A DNA stretch of 64,000 nucleotides from an uncultured delta proteobacterium. Lineage in GTDB: Bacteria > Myxococcota_A > Polyangia > Polyangiales > Polyangiaceae. The stretch spans positions 96,001-160,000 of the forward strand of contig CAVQUB010000009.1 of NCBI GenBank assembly GCA_963716725.1, in the 5' to 3' direction. Under the pieces are notes generated by a model. That model saw only the letters and a list, made by a program, of their open reading frames with translations, was not told the origin of the DNA and did not search any database. The position numbers and the translations under genes are program-made. Positions 51,099 through 61,858 of the stretch are shown here, one piece after another (positions within the stretch are counted from its first letter, which is position 1; every line of letters begins with the position of its first letter).

Positions 51099-51222
51099 TC
51101 GGCGATTGTAGCGCGAAAGCTCGTCACGACCGGAACGGGAGCCGGGCGGATCGAGCCGAAATGCGAGCCTCCACTTGCCCGGCGCCGACGGCCGGAGCCA
51201 TCATGCAGCCGGGAGCTGGTGG

Positions 51223-52665
51223 GTGTCCGTCGTCAAAGCCGAGTCTGACATCGTCGCGGGCGCTGTCCTCGCTGGGAAGTACCGCGTCGAGCGCCTGCTC
51301 GGACAGGGAGGCATGGGCGTCGTCGTCGAGGCGCGCCACACGCAGCTCGACGACCGAGTCGCGCTGAAGTTTTTGTTGCCCGAGTACAGCGCGAATCCGG
51401 ACGCGGCTGCGCGCTTTCTACGTGAAGCGCGCGCCGCGGTGAAGATCAAGAGCCCGCACGTGGCGCGGGTTTCCGATGTAGGAACCCTGGAAAACGGCGC
51501 GCCCTACATGGTGATGGAGTACCTGGAGGGCGCCGACGCCTCCCACTCGGTCGCGGCCGGGCTCCTGCTCCCGCTCACGGAGGGCGTCGACTACATCGTA
51601 CAGGCCTGTGACGCCCTGGCCGATGCCCACGCGCAAGGCATCGTGCACCGGGACATCAAGCCGGCAAATTTGTTCGTCAGTCGCCACGCGGACGGCACGC
51701 CCTTCGTCAAGGTGTTGGACTTCGGCGTCTCCAAGGTGCTCGGCGACGCCGGCGGGGTCGACAACCTGACGCGGACGAGCGCGACCATGGGCTCGGCCCT
51801 CTACATGTCGCCTGAGCAGATCCGCCAGTCAAAATCGGTAGACCGGCGCACCGACATCTACGCGCTCGGCGTCACGCTTTACGAGCTGCTCTCCGGAAGG
51901 CAGCCGTTCCTTGCCGAGAGCTTCGCGGCGCTGTGCGTCGAGGTTGCCACCGGCACGCCCACGCCGCTGCTCGAGGTGAGGCCTGATCTGCCGCCAGATT
52001 TCGTGCAAGCGCTCGCCAAAGCCTACGCCCGGGATCCCGACGCGCGCTACCAAACGGTGGCCGAGCTCGTCGTCGCGCTCGCGCCCTGGGCCCCGCCGCG
52101 GGCGCAGCCCATCATCGAGCGCATCGCGCGTGCGGGCGGGCTGATCGCGGCGCACGGGGTGCCACCGGGGCGCGGCAGCATCACCGACGTTCGCGGAGCG
52201 GTGGCTGCCCAAACGACCGCCACCGGCAGCAGCACGGGTAGCACCCACATGAACTCGGCGATCACCGGCGCAGTCATCCCTCGGAAGTCCAGCGTGGTGC
52301 CGATCGTCGCCGTCCTCGGGGGCATTGTCGCGTTCGCGGCCCTCGGTGTGGGGGCATTGGTCTTCGCAAAGGGTCGCGCCGTGCACGTGGAGGCACCTGC
52401 CGCAAGTGAGAGCGCCGAGCAGCCCGCGCCATCGATGTCGACGAGCGTCGCTGCTCCCGCCTCGACCCCGGAAGCCTCTGCCGAGCCCGTGCCAGGACCC
52501 GCGCCGTCCGCCGCGGTGACGCCAAAGGTCGAGCACCCGACAACGCCCAAGATCGCCGTGGCCAACAAGCCGCCAACGGTCGCAGTCAAGCCACAGCCAA
52601 AGCCGGAAGTTCCACCCACCCCGACGGCCACCAAGCCCCCCACCAACGTCGAAGGCATGCGCTGA
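51223..52665 (+). CDS. Membrane Ser/Thr protein kinase
   Basis: GQGGMG, VALK, HRDIKPAN, DFG, YMSPE; TM; Pro-rich tail. Confidence 0.93.
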   Translation: MSVVKAESDIVAGAVLAGKYRVERLLGQGGMGVVVEARHTQLDDRVALKFLLPEYSANPDAAARFLREARAAVKIKSPHVARVSDVGTLENGAPYMVMEYLEGADASHSVAAGLLLPLTEGVDYIVQACDALADAHAQGIVHRDIKPANLFVSRHADGTPFVKVLDFGVSKVLGDAGGVDNLTRTSATMGSALYMSPEQIRQSKSVDRRTDIYALGVTLYELLSGRQPFLAESFAALCVEVATGTPTPLLEVRPDLPPDFVQALAKAYARDPDARYQTVAELVVALAPWAPPRAQPIIERIARAGGLIAAHGVPPGRGSITDVRGAVAAQTTATGSSTGSTHMNSAITGAVIPRKSSVVPIVAVLGGIVAFAALGVGALVFAKGRAVHVEAPAASESAEQPAPSMSTSVAAPASTPEASAEPVPGPAPSAAVTPKVEHPTTPKIAVANKPPTVAVKPQPKPEVPPTPTATKPPTNVEGMR

Positions 52666-52666
52666 A

Positions 52667-53707
52667 ATGATCCTGAAGAGCCGATTCGCCGCCGCAGGTC
52701 TGTCCGCCCTCTTCCTACTCGCGCCTTGCATGGCCCGAGCCGGTGACAAGGCGCTGGCGGAGTCGCTGTTCCAGGAAGGCCGCAAGCTGCTCGACGCCGG
52801 CAAGCCTGCCGACGCCTGCGGCAAGTTCGCGGCGAGTCAGCGCCAGGATCCGTCGCCGGGCACGCTGATCAACCTCGGCAAGTGCAATGAAGCGCAGGGC
52901 AAGACCGCGACGGCGTGGGCCGCGTACAAAGAGGCGGAGTCCCTCGCCCGAAACATGAATCGTGCTGAGCAGGAGAAGCTCGCGTCAGAGCGCGCAAGCG
53001 AGCTCGAGGGCAAGCTCTCGCGCCTCACGGTCAACGCGCCTCCGGGGGAGATCCCCGGGCTGATCGTGCGCCGTGGCGGCACGACGCTCTCGAGCGAGTC
53101 GCTGGGTGTCGCCGCTCCGGTCGATCCCGGAGAGGTGGAAGTCGAGGCCAGCGCGCCTGGCCATGAGACCTGGAAGGGCAAGGTCACGGTTGGCAAGGCC
53201 AACGACAACGCTTCGATAGCGATCCCCTCGCTCGTGGAGTCGGGCGCCGCCGCGCCCGCGCTCGCACCAATCGATGGCGCAGCGCCCGCGCCCGCGGCTT
53301 CGCCCACCCCCGCGGGCGGCGACGTGACGGCCGACACCGGCAAGAGCTCACCGACCCTGGGCTACGTGCTGACCGGCGTCGGTGGTGCGGCGCTGGTCGT
53401 GGGTGGTGTGTTTGGGTACCTCGCGAGCCAGCAGGCCAGCGACGCAAAAGACGACCCGGCGCTGTGCCCGGACAAGAAGTGCACGGCGGAGGGCCGCGAT
53501 GAAATCGATGCCGCCGAGGGCAAGGCCCTGATCTCCACCATCGGAGTGGGCGCGGGGCTCGCGGCGGTCGGCGTAGGCGTCGTCTTGATCTTGACCAGCG
53601 GCGGCTCTGCGGCGAGCAAGGCTCGGGCCGCTGCGCCACGGCAAGCGCGCTTCATCCCCATCGTCTCACCATCGGGCGGCGGCTTCGCCCTCGGCGGAGC
53701 GTTCTGA
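52667..53707 (+). CDS. Secreted TPR/PEGA-type protein ending GAF
   Basis: AESLFQEG..AC.KF..S...DP.PGTLINL..C....GKTATAW; VDPGE..VEA.APG; C-x4-C hairpin. Confidence 0.85.
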   Translation: MILKSRFAAAGLSALFLLAPCMARAGDKALAESLFQEGRKLLDAGKPADACGKFAASQRQDPSPGTLINLGKCNEAQGKTATAWAAYKEAESLARNMNRAEQEKLASERASELEGKLSRLTVNAPPGEIPGLIVRRGGTTLSSESLGVAAPVDPGEVEVEASAPGHETWKGKVTVGKANDNASIAIPSLVESGAAAPALAPIDGAAPAPAASPTPAGGDVTADTGKSSPTLGYVLTGVGGAALVVGGVFGYLASQQASDAKDDPALCPDKKCTAEGRDEIDAAEGKALISTIGVGAGLAAVGVGVVLILTSGGSAASKARAAAPRQARFIPIVSPSGGGFALGGAF

Positions 53708-53723
53708 GTCGGCTCGCTTTACG

Positions 53724-55223
53724 TCAAGGACCGCAGGTCAGCAGCAGCGCTCTCACGCTGGTCTGGGCGCCACTCTTCTGGACCCAGGCCACGGCGTCGT
53801 AGGCGCCGACTTGCACGGCCACCGCGTTCAGCACCTCGTCGTTTGCCGTGGCTTGGTACACCACCGTGTCGAACAGGTTGATCGTCCCCTCGCGCGTTGA
53901 ATGGGTCAGGTACACCGCCCCTGCGCCATCCGTGCGCGCCGCCACGATGCTGTCTCCATCGACCACCCTGCGATGAAACATGCCGAAGTTCGGCGCGTTG
54001 GACTTGGTGCCGACGGCAGCGAGCCCGGTCGGCGGGCTCTTGATGAGATTCCCGTAGCCGCTCGTCTGGACGGCCCCCGCGTAGATGGTACTCGCCCCCG
54101 ATGATTGGGTGCCGGTGACCGCGAGCGCGATTCCATCCGATGCATTCGCTCGGGGCACCGCGAACAAATGCATCGAGGAGCCCGAGGACACCTTCAGCTG
54201 CTGCTCCTGCGCAAGTTCGAGCGCCGTCGAACCGAAACGGAAGTGGCCGCTCTTGAACCCGATGAAGTGGACGTTGTTCGCAACGGCGTACACCACCGGC
54301 GTGATCCGATCGATATCGCCCGCGCTCGTTTGAGCTAGCTCGGTCACGATGGTCCCAAGGGTCGCGAACAGGTACAGCGGCGATCCCGACTTCTTACAGG
54401 TGAATACCGGCCTGCCGCCCGAGCCGGGCTCGATCGAGTACGCTGCGGCAGTCACCGTTCCGCCTGAGCATTCCGTGGGGAGCTGAATTGCTGTGTGAGG
54501 TGACGGCGCCGGGATGACGCCACTAGCGTTCAGGTCGAATTGGAGGCGCGAAAGTGTTGCGCCGCGAGTGCCCCAGAACACGACCTGGGTTGCGTCCGGG
54601 AGGTTGCCGCTCAGGTACTTCACCGGCTCGGCATCCGTGTACTTGGCCAAGTTGCCGATCGGTGTGGTCAGGTTGTTGCGCACGCTGCGGACCAAGAACT
54701 GGAAGTCGGCAGAGCTGGCCGAGATGCCTACGTGTCCGAACCCGACGCCCGCGATGGCCACGAGGGTGTTCGCCTCGACCTGGTAGGTCGCAAAGTCGGC
54801 CGGCGTGATCAGGTTCACTATCGGGCCCTTCGAGCAGCTCCACGGGGTCGCTCCGGCCGTGCCTCCGGTGCCGCCGGTCGTTCCTCCGGTGCCGCCGGTC
54901 GTTCCTCCGGTGCCGCCGGTCGTTCCTCCGGTGCCGCCGGTCGTTCCTCCGGTGCCGCCGGTCGTTCCTCCGGTGCCGCCGGTCGTTCCTCCGGTGCCGC
55001 CGGTCGTGCCACCGCTGCCGCCGGTCGTTCCACCGCTGCCGCCGGTCGTGCCTCCGGTGCCGCCGGTCGTGCCACCGCTGCCGCCGGTCGTGCCACCGCT
55101 GCCGCCCGTGCCGCCACCACCCGCGCTCCCACCGGTCGCCGGACTGTCCTTGAAGTCATCGAGCCCAAGGATCGAACTGCACCCGAACAGCGAGAGAGCG
55201 AGAGCCAAGGACAGAGGTCGCAT
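53724..55223 (-). CDS. Lipoprotein (CSSILGLDD N-terminus) with GGTTGGT linker
   Basis: Lipobox FGC; long Gly/Thr repeat; beta-rich C-terminal domain. Confidence 0.8.
   Translation of the reverse strand: MRPLSLALALSLFGCSSILGLDDFKDSPATGGSAGGGGTGGSGGTTGGSGGTTGGTGGTTGGSGGTTGGSGGTTGGTGGTTGGTGGTTGGTGGTTGGTGGTTGGTGGTTGGTGGTTGGTGGTAGATPWSCSKGPIVNLITPADFATYQVEANTLVAIAGVGFGHVGISASSADFQFLVRSVRNNLTTPIGNLAKYTDAEPVKYLSGNLPDATQVVFWGTRGATLSRLQFDLNASGVIPAPSPHTAIQLPTECSGGTVTAAAYSIEPGSGGRPVFTCKKSGSPLYLFATLGTIVTELAQTSAGDIDRITPVVYAVANNVHFIGFKSGHFRFGSTALELAQEQQLKVSSGSSMHLFAVPRANASDGIALAVTGTQSSGASTIYAGAVQTSGYGNLIKSPPTGLAAVGTKSNAPNFGMFHRRVVDGDSIVAARTDGAGAVYLTHSTREGTINLFDTVVYQATANDEVLNAVAVQVGAYDAVAWVQKSGAQTSVRALLLTCGP
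54862..55110. repeat. 21-bp coding tandem repeat (GGTTGG[TS])
   Basis: ccggtgccgccggtcgttcct repeated near-perfectly. Confidence 0.9.
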
Positions 55224-55280
55224 CGACGCTGATTATCCACCGCACCCGAGCCGCGGAGCAAGCGACGCCGTCCCCTCCCC

Positions 55281-56528
55281 TCAAAGCTGCTTCGGCACGC
55301 CCCGGCGCTTGGCGTAGTCGTCCCCGTGATTCTGTTCGGGTTCGTCCCCGAATCCCATGTTGATGATCGCGGTCCAAGGCAACACGCCGTCCTCGGCATG
55401 GTTGACGAGTCCGATCTGCACGCCGCGCAGGCGCTTGGCGTGGTTGAACAGGCCGATCTGCACGCCCTTGGCTTCTTCCGCGATGTTGGCCAGGCCGATC
55501 TGGGCGCCGTGGATCGACTTGGCGTAGTTGGCCGCGACGCCGAGCTGCAGGCCGCGGTGGCCCTCGAACGCCAGAGCGCCGGCGCCGATCTGCGCGCCGT
55601 AGGAGCGCTCGCTCACGGTGAGCACGCCGATCTGAGCGAGTCCTCGGAATTCCTCGGCGCCAGCTGCCAGCACGCCGATCTGCAGACCGCCCGCAAAGTC
55701 GTGGCTGTAGCTCGCAGCGCCCAGCTGCGCGACGCCGCGGAACTTGCCCGCGCTGTTGACCACGCCCGCTTGCGCGATGCCGGCGAAGCGCGCGTCGTCC
55801 TGCTCGTCACCGAAGAGGTCCTCGCCTTGGGCGTTGAACGCTCCGATCTGCGCGAAGCCCGTGAAGTCCCCCCGCGAGTGGTTGAAGGCGCCGAGCTGCA
55901 TCAGGCCGCCGAAGGCGCGATCGGTGCGGTTGTAGCCACCGAGCTGCAGCGCGCCGTGGAACTCCTTGGCGCGGTTGTAACCCGCAAACTGCAGCAGCGC
56001 GGCGGTCTCGAGCGTGCGGTTGTAGCCGAGGGCGATCTGACCCACGCCAGTGAAGCTCTTGGCGCGGTTCTCGCCGAGGCCGATCTGCGCGATGCCGCCG
56101 AACTCGTGGGAGAGGTTGCGGCCCAGGGCCAGCTGCAAGCCTCCGTAGTGCGAGCCCGCGTCGTTGCGGATCAGCGACAGCGACAGCCCGCCGTAGAAGC
56201 GCTCGATGCGCTCGTGGGCGAGGGCGAAGGCCGCGACGCCACCGAAGGTGCCCAGGTGCGGACGCACGCCGGCGTGCAGCAGGTACCAGTCGCCGGGCGG
56301 AGTCGTCGCCACCTGGGGCGGCGATCCGGGGCGCCGCTCGTGGCCGAGCTGTGGAGGGTGTTCGACGAGGTCGCCGTCGGCGCTCACCAGTTCTTGGGCC
56401 GCGGGGGACTCTGACCGCGCGGGCCGGGTCCCAATGTCTTCGTCGGGAGGAGCGTTGGGGGGGGAGGCCAGAGCTATCGGGGCCGTCGAGACGGAAGCGA
56501 GGGCGAGCAGAAGCGAATGAATGCGCAT
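55281..56528 (-). CDS. Secreted protein with G-x-Q-[IL]-G-x-x-N repeats (LA_2272-like)
   Basis: Signal peptide; many GxxQxGxxN units. Confidence 0.8.
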   Translation of the reverse strand: MRIHSLLLALASVSTAPIALASPPNAPPDEDIGTRPARSESPAAQELVSADGDLVEHPPQLGHERRPGSPPQVATTPPGDWYLLHAGVRPHLGTFGGVAAFALAHERIERFYGGLSLSLIRNDAGSHYGGLQLALGRNLSHEFGGIAQIGLGENRAKSFTGVGQIALGYNRTLETAALLQFAGYNRAKEFHGALQLGGYNRTDRAFGGLMQLGAFNHSRGDFTGFAQIGAFNAQGEDLFGDEQDDARFAGIAQAGVVNSAGKFRGVAQLGAASYSHDFAGGLQIGVLAAGAEEFRGLAQIGVLTVSERSYGAQIGAGALAFEGHRGLQLGVAANYAKSIHGAQIGLANIAEEAKGVQIGLFNHAKRLRGVQIGLVNHAEDGVLPWTAIINMGFGDEPEQNHGDDYAKRRGVPKQL

Positions 56529-56610
56529 GACGGCCCGAGAACGTCCGGGCGCGGGTCGCGCTTACACGGAGGGGCTGGGTCTCGAGCGTAGCGGTGCTAT
56601 CTTCTTGGCC

Positions 56611-56835
56611 ATGGACGCCCTCAAGGCCCACGTCGTGAACGGGCAAATCGTGCTCGACGAGCCGGTCGAGCTTGCAGACGGCGCCGAGCTGCTGGTCTTT
56701 CCAATCGTCGGCGAAATGAGTGACGATGAACGTGCCGAGCTGGAGCACGCCATCGACGAAGCTGAGAAGGATTTCGAGCAGGGTGAGTTCGAAGACGCGC
56801 GACAGTTCGGAATTCGTCTCTTGGCTGGCGCGTGA
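56611..56835 (+). CDS. Putative antitoxin (AF2212/DUF104-like N-terminus, acidic C-terminus)
   Basis: LKAHVVNGQIVLDEPVELADG; GTGA overlap with ParE-like fragment. Confidence 0.65.
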   Translation: MDALKAHVVNGQIVLDEPVELADGAELLVFPIVGEMSDDERAELEHAIDEAEKDFEQGEFEDARQFGIRLLAGA

Positions 56836-56954
56836 AGGTCTTCATCTCGAAGCGCGCGGCGCTGGCCGCGACGCGCATCAATGCCCGTTGGCGCGCGAAC
56901 GCCGATCAAGCAGACACCTTCGCGGGACGCCGCCGGCGCGAACCCGAGCTCTAG
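56832..56954 (+). pseudogene. Truncated RelE/ParE-like toxin (40 codons)
   Basis: VKVFISKRAALAATRINARWRANADQADTF resembles a ParE-type N-terminus; stops at MMPL 3' end. Confidence 0.5.
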
Positions 56955-59463
56955 GGATCTCGCGCCGCCGCCCGCCGCCGCATCGCGAACAAAAACGCCG
57001 GCAAGAACAGCACTGCGGCCAGCACGCAGATCACCTCTCCCACCGCCGCGGCGAGGCCGAAGCTCACGATGCCGCGGTTGATGGACAGCATCAGCGCGAG
57101 GTAGCCGATGGTGGTGGTCAGCGAACAGAGCACGACGGCGCCACCCGTCTCCGTGACGACGCTGTAGAGCTTGTCGGGCCCCTCGGCGCGGTAGCGCTGC
57201 ATCAGGTTGTGGGCGTACTCCGCGGCGATGCCGATGGTGATGGGCAGCGTGACGAAGTTCAGGAAGTTGAGCTTGATGTCTTTCAAGAACATGAACGCGA
57301 GCAGGCCCGCGACGCCGAGCAGCCAGGGCAAGAAGACGCCGAAGGCCGCGCGCTGAAAGCCGAAGGCGATCAGGATCACGATCACCGAACCGATGGCCGA
57401 GACGGAGATGGCCTTGGGAGCGTCCTCGCCCACGGTCTTGATCATGTCGGCGAAGATCACCGCTCGCCCGGATCCCTGGATCACCTCGCCGGTCGGCAGC
57501 GGGATCTCCCGGAAGCTGTCGGCCCAACGCAGGAGGTACTTCGCGTCCCAGACGCTCTCGCCACTCTTGGGCACGATGAACACGATGTTGCCGCGGGTGC
57601 CGTCCTTCTCGGTGAACGATCGTGCGACCTGCTCGGGCAGGTCGGCGATGCCGATGGGTCGGATCTCGCCCTTCGGCATGTGCTTCTGGAGGCGCTCCCA
57701 GTCCGCGTCGTTGATCACGTCACGCTTGCGCGCGCGCTCGAGGCGGTCCCGGATGGTCTCGATCAGTGGGAGCTTCTCGGCCTGTCGATCGGGCAAGATC
57801 GAGAAGATGGTGACGACCTTCTCGAAGGGCTTCTCTTTTCCGGGGCGGCCGCCAGGCGCTTGTCGAGCTCGGCCTTGAGCAGCGGCACCTGGTCGACGCG
57901 CGAGGTCATGACGGCCATGCCGTCTTGGCCCAGGCGCCCAACCACGCGGTCCACCTTCTTGGAGAGCTCACCGGCGGCGGTGCGGTCCTTGCGGACGTTG
58001 CGCACGTTCGCCATGTCGTACTCCATGGGATCGCGGGCCAGGTAGAGCGCGGCGAGCGCCACCGAGGCGATGCCCAAGGCGACGCCGATCAGGCTGAGCG
58101 TGCGGGGCGCGAGCCGGGAGAGCTTGGCGAAGGCCACGCCGTAGTAACCACGGACCTTGCTGGGCCCCTTGGTCACCTCGGCCGGCTTGAACATCGGCTT
58201 GACGCCCTCGCTGGCGGCGATCACGGCGGGCATGAACAGGTAGGTGACGACCCAGCACAGGAGCATGCCGTAGCCGCCGATGATCCCGAAGTGCTTGAAG
58301 CCGCGAAAATCCGTGACGATCAGCGAGCCGTAGGCGAGACAGGCCGTCGCCGCCGCCGAGAGCGTCGGCACCCACGAGTCGCGCAGCGCGGCCTGGGTGG
58401 CCTCGGGCACGTCCATGCCCTGATCCCGGCGCGCCTCGATGTAGCGCGCCATGTACATGATGCTGTAGTTGATGCCGTTGCCCGCGATGATGCTGACCAG
58501 AAAGCCCGTCGAGCTGTTCAGGTAGCCGATGGTGAAGCGCGTGAGCCCGAAGGTCCAAGCCAGGGCCACCAGCACCACCGAGCCGATGACCATCACGGTG
58601 CGGAGCCGCAGGAAGAACAGGAGCACGCTGACCAACACCCCGCCGACGCCCCAAACGCCGACGTGACTCAGGTCATTGATGATGGCGTCGTACTCCTCGC
58701 CGCCGGTGATGATGTCGCCGGTGTAGCGGACCTCCATGGTCGGATCGAGGCCGGTCGGGTTCGTCTCGGCCACCACCTGGGCGACCGCGGCCTTGAGCTC
58801 GGCCGTCGCCTGCTTGCCCGACACCGGGGTGCGCACCAGCACCGCGACGTGGGTGCCCTCGGCGTTCATGTAGTAGCCGTCGGGGTGCGGCGGGCTGTCC
58901 CTGGACGGCGCGGCCTCCTTCTTCTTCGGAGTCAGCCGGCGCTCGATGTCATCCGCGGTCAGCGGCGGCGGCGCCTCGCTCTCGTCTTCGTCGAGGAGCG
59001 TGCCTTGCTTCTTCGCGATCTCGTAGTCGTAGCGCTCGACGACCTCGTCGTGGGCCTTCTTCAAGTCGTCGTACTGGGCGTAGAAGAGTTTGTTCTTCTC
59101 GAAGAAGGCCTGGGCGTCTTGCACGCCGAAGTCCACGGCGCCGACGCGATCGGGGCCGATGGCCTTGAGGCGCGGCACGACCTGGTCGACGAAGCGCTTC
59201 AGGGCTTCAGGGTTCGATTTCGGAACCTCGGCGACGATGGACAGCGTCGACGCCCCGGCCAGCCGCTTCGAGACCCGATGCATCTCGATCACGCTGGGTT
59301 TGTTGTCGGGCAAGAGCTCGGCGAAGTCGGCCTTGAAGCCCAGGCCCTTCGCGGACCACGCCGCCGGCACGAGGCTCAGCAGGGCGATCGCGATGAACAG
59401 CCAGGGGCGCCGGGTCTGAAGCTCGCCGAGGCGTCTGAGAATGGTCGGGAAGCGGTGAGTCAT
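56951..59463 (-). CDS. MMPL/RND family transporter, frameshift near 57780-57850
   Basis: Two sets of 1+5 TM with large loops; GNGINYSI, GIAAEYAH, CSLTTTIGY; split over two ORFs. Confidence 0.85.
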
Positions 59464-59573
59464 CCGAGCGCCCGAGTTCCCCAATACCAGAACCTCGGCC
59501 GTGGCCGGGGAATTCTCGCGATTTCCGCCTCTCCGAGCCCCGGCCGAGCTGTGCTAAGACGCAACTCTCCACC

Positions 59574-61200
59574 GTGTTCGAAGCACTGACCAAAGGCTTC
59601 CGAGAGGCCAAGAACCGTCTCGCTGGGCTCGCCGAGCTGAGCGAGAACAACATCAAACCCGCGCTTGCCGAGGTGCGCCTGTCGCTGCTGGAGGCGGACG
59701 TCGAAATCGGCGTCGTGAAGCGCTTCCTCGCGCGCGTCGAGCAGAAGGCCGTCGGCCAGACCGTGCAGACGCGGGTCAAACACGGCGGCGAGACCCACAA
59801 GGTCGGCGCCGAAGAGCAGTTCGTCAAGATCTGCCACGACGAGCTGATCGAGATGATGGGCAGCGCCGACGAGCCCGTCATCTGGTCGGACAAGGGTCGC
59901 ACCGCGGTGATGATGGTCGGCCTCCAGGGCTCCGGCAAGACCACCACCGCCGCCAAGCTCGCCCGCTGGTTCGACAAGCAACGACAAGAAGCCGCTGCTG
60001 GTGGCGGCCGACATGCAGCGCCCCGCCGCCGTCGAGCAGCTCAAGGTGCTCGGCGATCAGCTCGGCGTGCCGGTCTTCAACATCGCAGGCGAGACGCCCC
60101 TCGAGATCTGCCGCCAGGCCGAGGCCGAGGCGAAGAAGCTCGGCCGCGACGTCATCATCTACGACACCGCCGGCCGCCTCGCCATCGACGAGCCGCTGAT
60201 GGAGGAGCTCGCCGACATCAAGAGCGCGGTCGGCCCGCAGAACATCTTCCTGGTCATCGACGCGATGATCGGCCAGGACGCGGTGCAGACCGCCAAGAGC
60301 TTCAACGAGCGGCTCGGCATCACCGGCGTCGTGCTGACCAAGCTCGACGGCGACGCTCGCGGCGGCGCTGCGCTCAGCGTGCGCGAGGTCACCGGCGCGC
60401 CCATCGTCTTCACCGGCGTCGGCGAGACCCTGGACAAACTCGAGCCCTTCCGCGCCGAAGGCATGGCGAGCCGCGTGCTCGGCATGGGCGACGTGGTCGG
60501 CCTGATCCAGGACTTCGAGGAGGTCGTCGATCAGAAGAAGGCCGAAGAAGACGCCCTGCGCATGATGCAGGGCGAGTTCACCCTCGAGGACTTCCTGAAC
60601 CAGGTTCGGATGATCCAGCAGATGGGCTCGCTCAAGGATCTGGTCGAGAAGATCCCGGGCATGGGCGGCATGATCCCGCCGGGGACCAACCTGGACGACA
60701 AGGAGCTGATCCGCATCGAGGCGATGATCCAGTCGATGACGCCTCAGGAGCGCAAGGATCCGCACACGCTGATCCGCGAGCCCAGCCGCGTGAAGCGCAT
60801 CGCCAAAGGGTCTGCCCAACCGGAGCAAGGCGTCACCGAGCTGATCCAGAAGTTCCTGTTCATGAAGCAGATGATGGGCGGCATGGGCGGCATGGGCGAC
60901 ATGGGCATGCTCGGCCGCATCCCTGGCATGAAGAACATCGCCGCCGCGCGCCAGCTCAAGAAGGCGATGAAGGGCGGCGGCATGCCCGGAATGCCCGGCA
61001 TGGGAATGCCCGGTATGGGTTTCCCTGGAATGCCCGGCATGGGAATGCCCGGCATGGGAATGCCCGGTATGGGAATGCCCGGTATGGGAATGCCCGAGGC
61101 GCCGAAGATGCGTCAGCTGAGCAAGACCGAGAAGAACGCGAAGAAGTCGGACCGCAAGCGCGAGCGCGCGGCGCGCAAGAAGAACAAGGGAAAGAAGTGA
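59574..61200 (+). CDS. ffh: Signal recognition particle protein Ffh, frameshift near 59980
   Basis: LLEADV, GLQGSGKTT; then D.QRPAA, DTAGR, TKLDGDARGGAA and Met-rich M domain in another frame. Confidence 0.93.
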
Positions 61201-61844
61201 TGACTCTGTCGCGACTGGGTCTTTGGGCCGCCGTTCCGCTCTTGGCGCTGGGCTGTGCCAAGGCGTCTCCAGAGCAGGATCCGGCGAGCATCGACACCAA
61301 CCTCGCGCAGTACGTGCTCGACGAGGTGCCGGGCGATCTGAAGAACCCCACCTTCATCGATTTCGAAGGTCGCGTGCAGATCATCGGCTGGGATCTCGAG
61401 CCCAAGGGCGTCGTGGGCCCCGGCCAACAGATGAGGCTCACCCTCTACTGGAAGACCACGGGACAGCTCGGCAAGGGCTGGAGCCTGTTCACCCACCTGG
61501 TCGCTCCCGGCGGCGTGCGCAAGGACTCGAACGTGAACGGTGTGGCGCTGGACGACCTGGGCCCGCTGCGCACGCGCAACGGCCCCGGCGCGTCCCAAGC
61601 CCTGCCGCCCAGCGCTTGGCGACCGGGCAAGATCTACGTGGACGTGCAGGACATCGCCATGCCACGCGATCTCACGGCGCCGGAGGTGAGCATCGTGGTC
61701 GGTGTCTGGAAGGGCCAGACCCGCCTCGACGTGATCAGCGGGAGCGCCGATCGCGAGCGCCGCGCCATCATCACCAACGTTCGGACCGGAGTCGTGCCGA
61801 CGCCCCGAGCCAAGCGCGCCGACCGGCCGCAGCAGAAATCTTGA
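61200..61844 (+). CDS. Lipoprotein with LYW..WSLFTHL..W.PG beta domain
   Basis: TGATG overlap with ffh; lipobox LGC; paralogous to N-half of next gene. Confidence 0.75.
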   Translation: MTLSRLGLWAAVPLLALGCAKASPEQDPASIDTNLAQYVLDEVPGDLKNPTFIDFEGRVQIIGWDLEPKGVVGPGQQMRLTLYWKTTGQLGKGWSLFTHLVAPGGVRKDSNVNGVALDDLGPLRTRNGPGASQALPPSAWRPGKIYVDVQDIAMPRDLTAPEVSIVVGVWKGQTRLDVISGSADRERRAIITNVRTGVVPTPRAKRADRPQQKS

Positions 61845-61858
61845 ACGGGAGACAGCGC

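Noticed and set aside
54862..55110. Regular repeats here and at 10280-10760, 31070-31320, 34640-34800 as possible CRISPR arrays
   Set aside because: No unique spacers; periods are multiples of 3 encoding Gly-rich linkers; no cas genes
59464..59573. SRP RNA gene next to ffh
   Set aside because: No SRP domain IV motif seen; region looks like a divergent promoter
59960..60000. Programmed frameshift in ffh
   Set aside because: No slippery heptamer seen; other indels in the window point to sequence error
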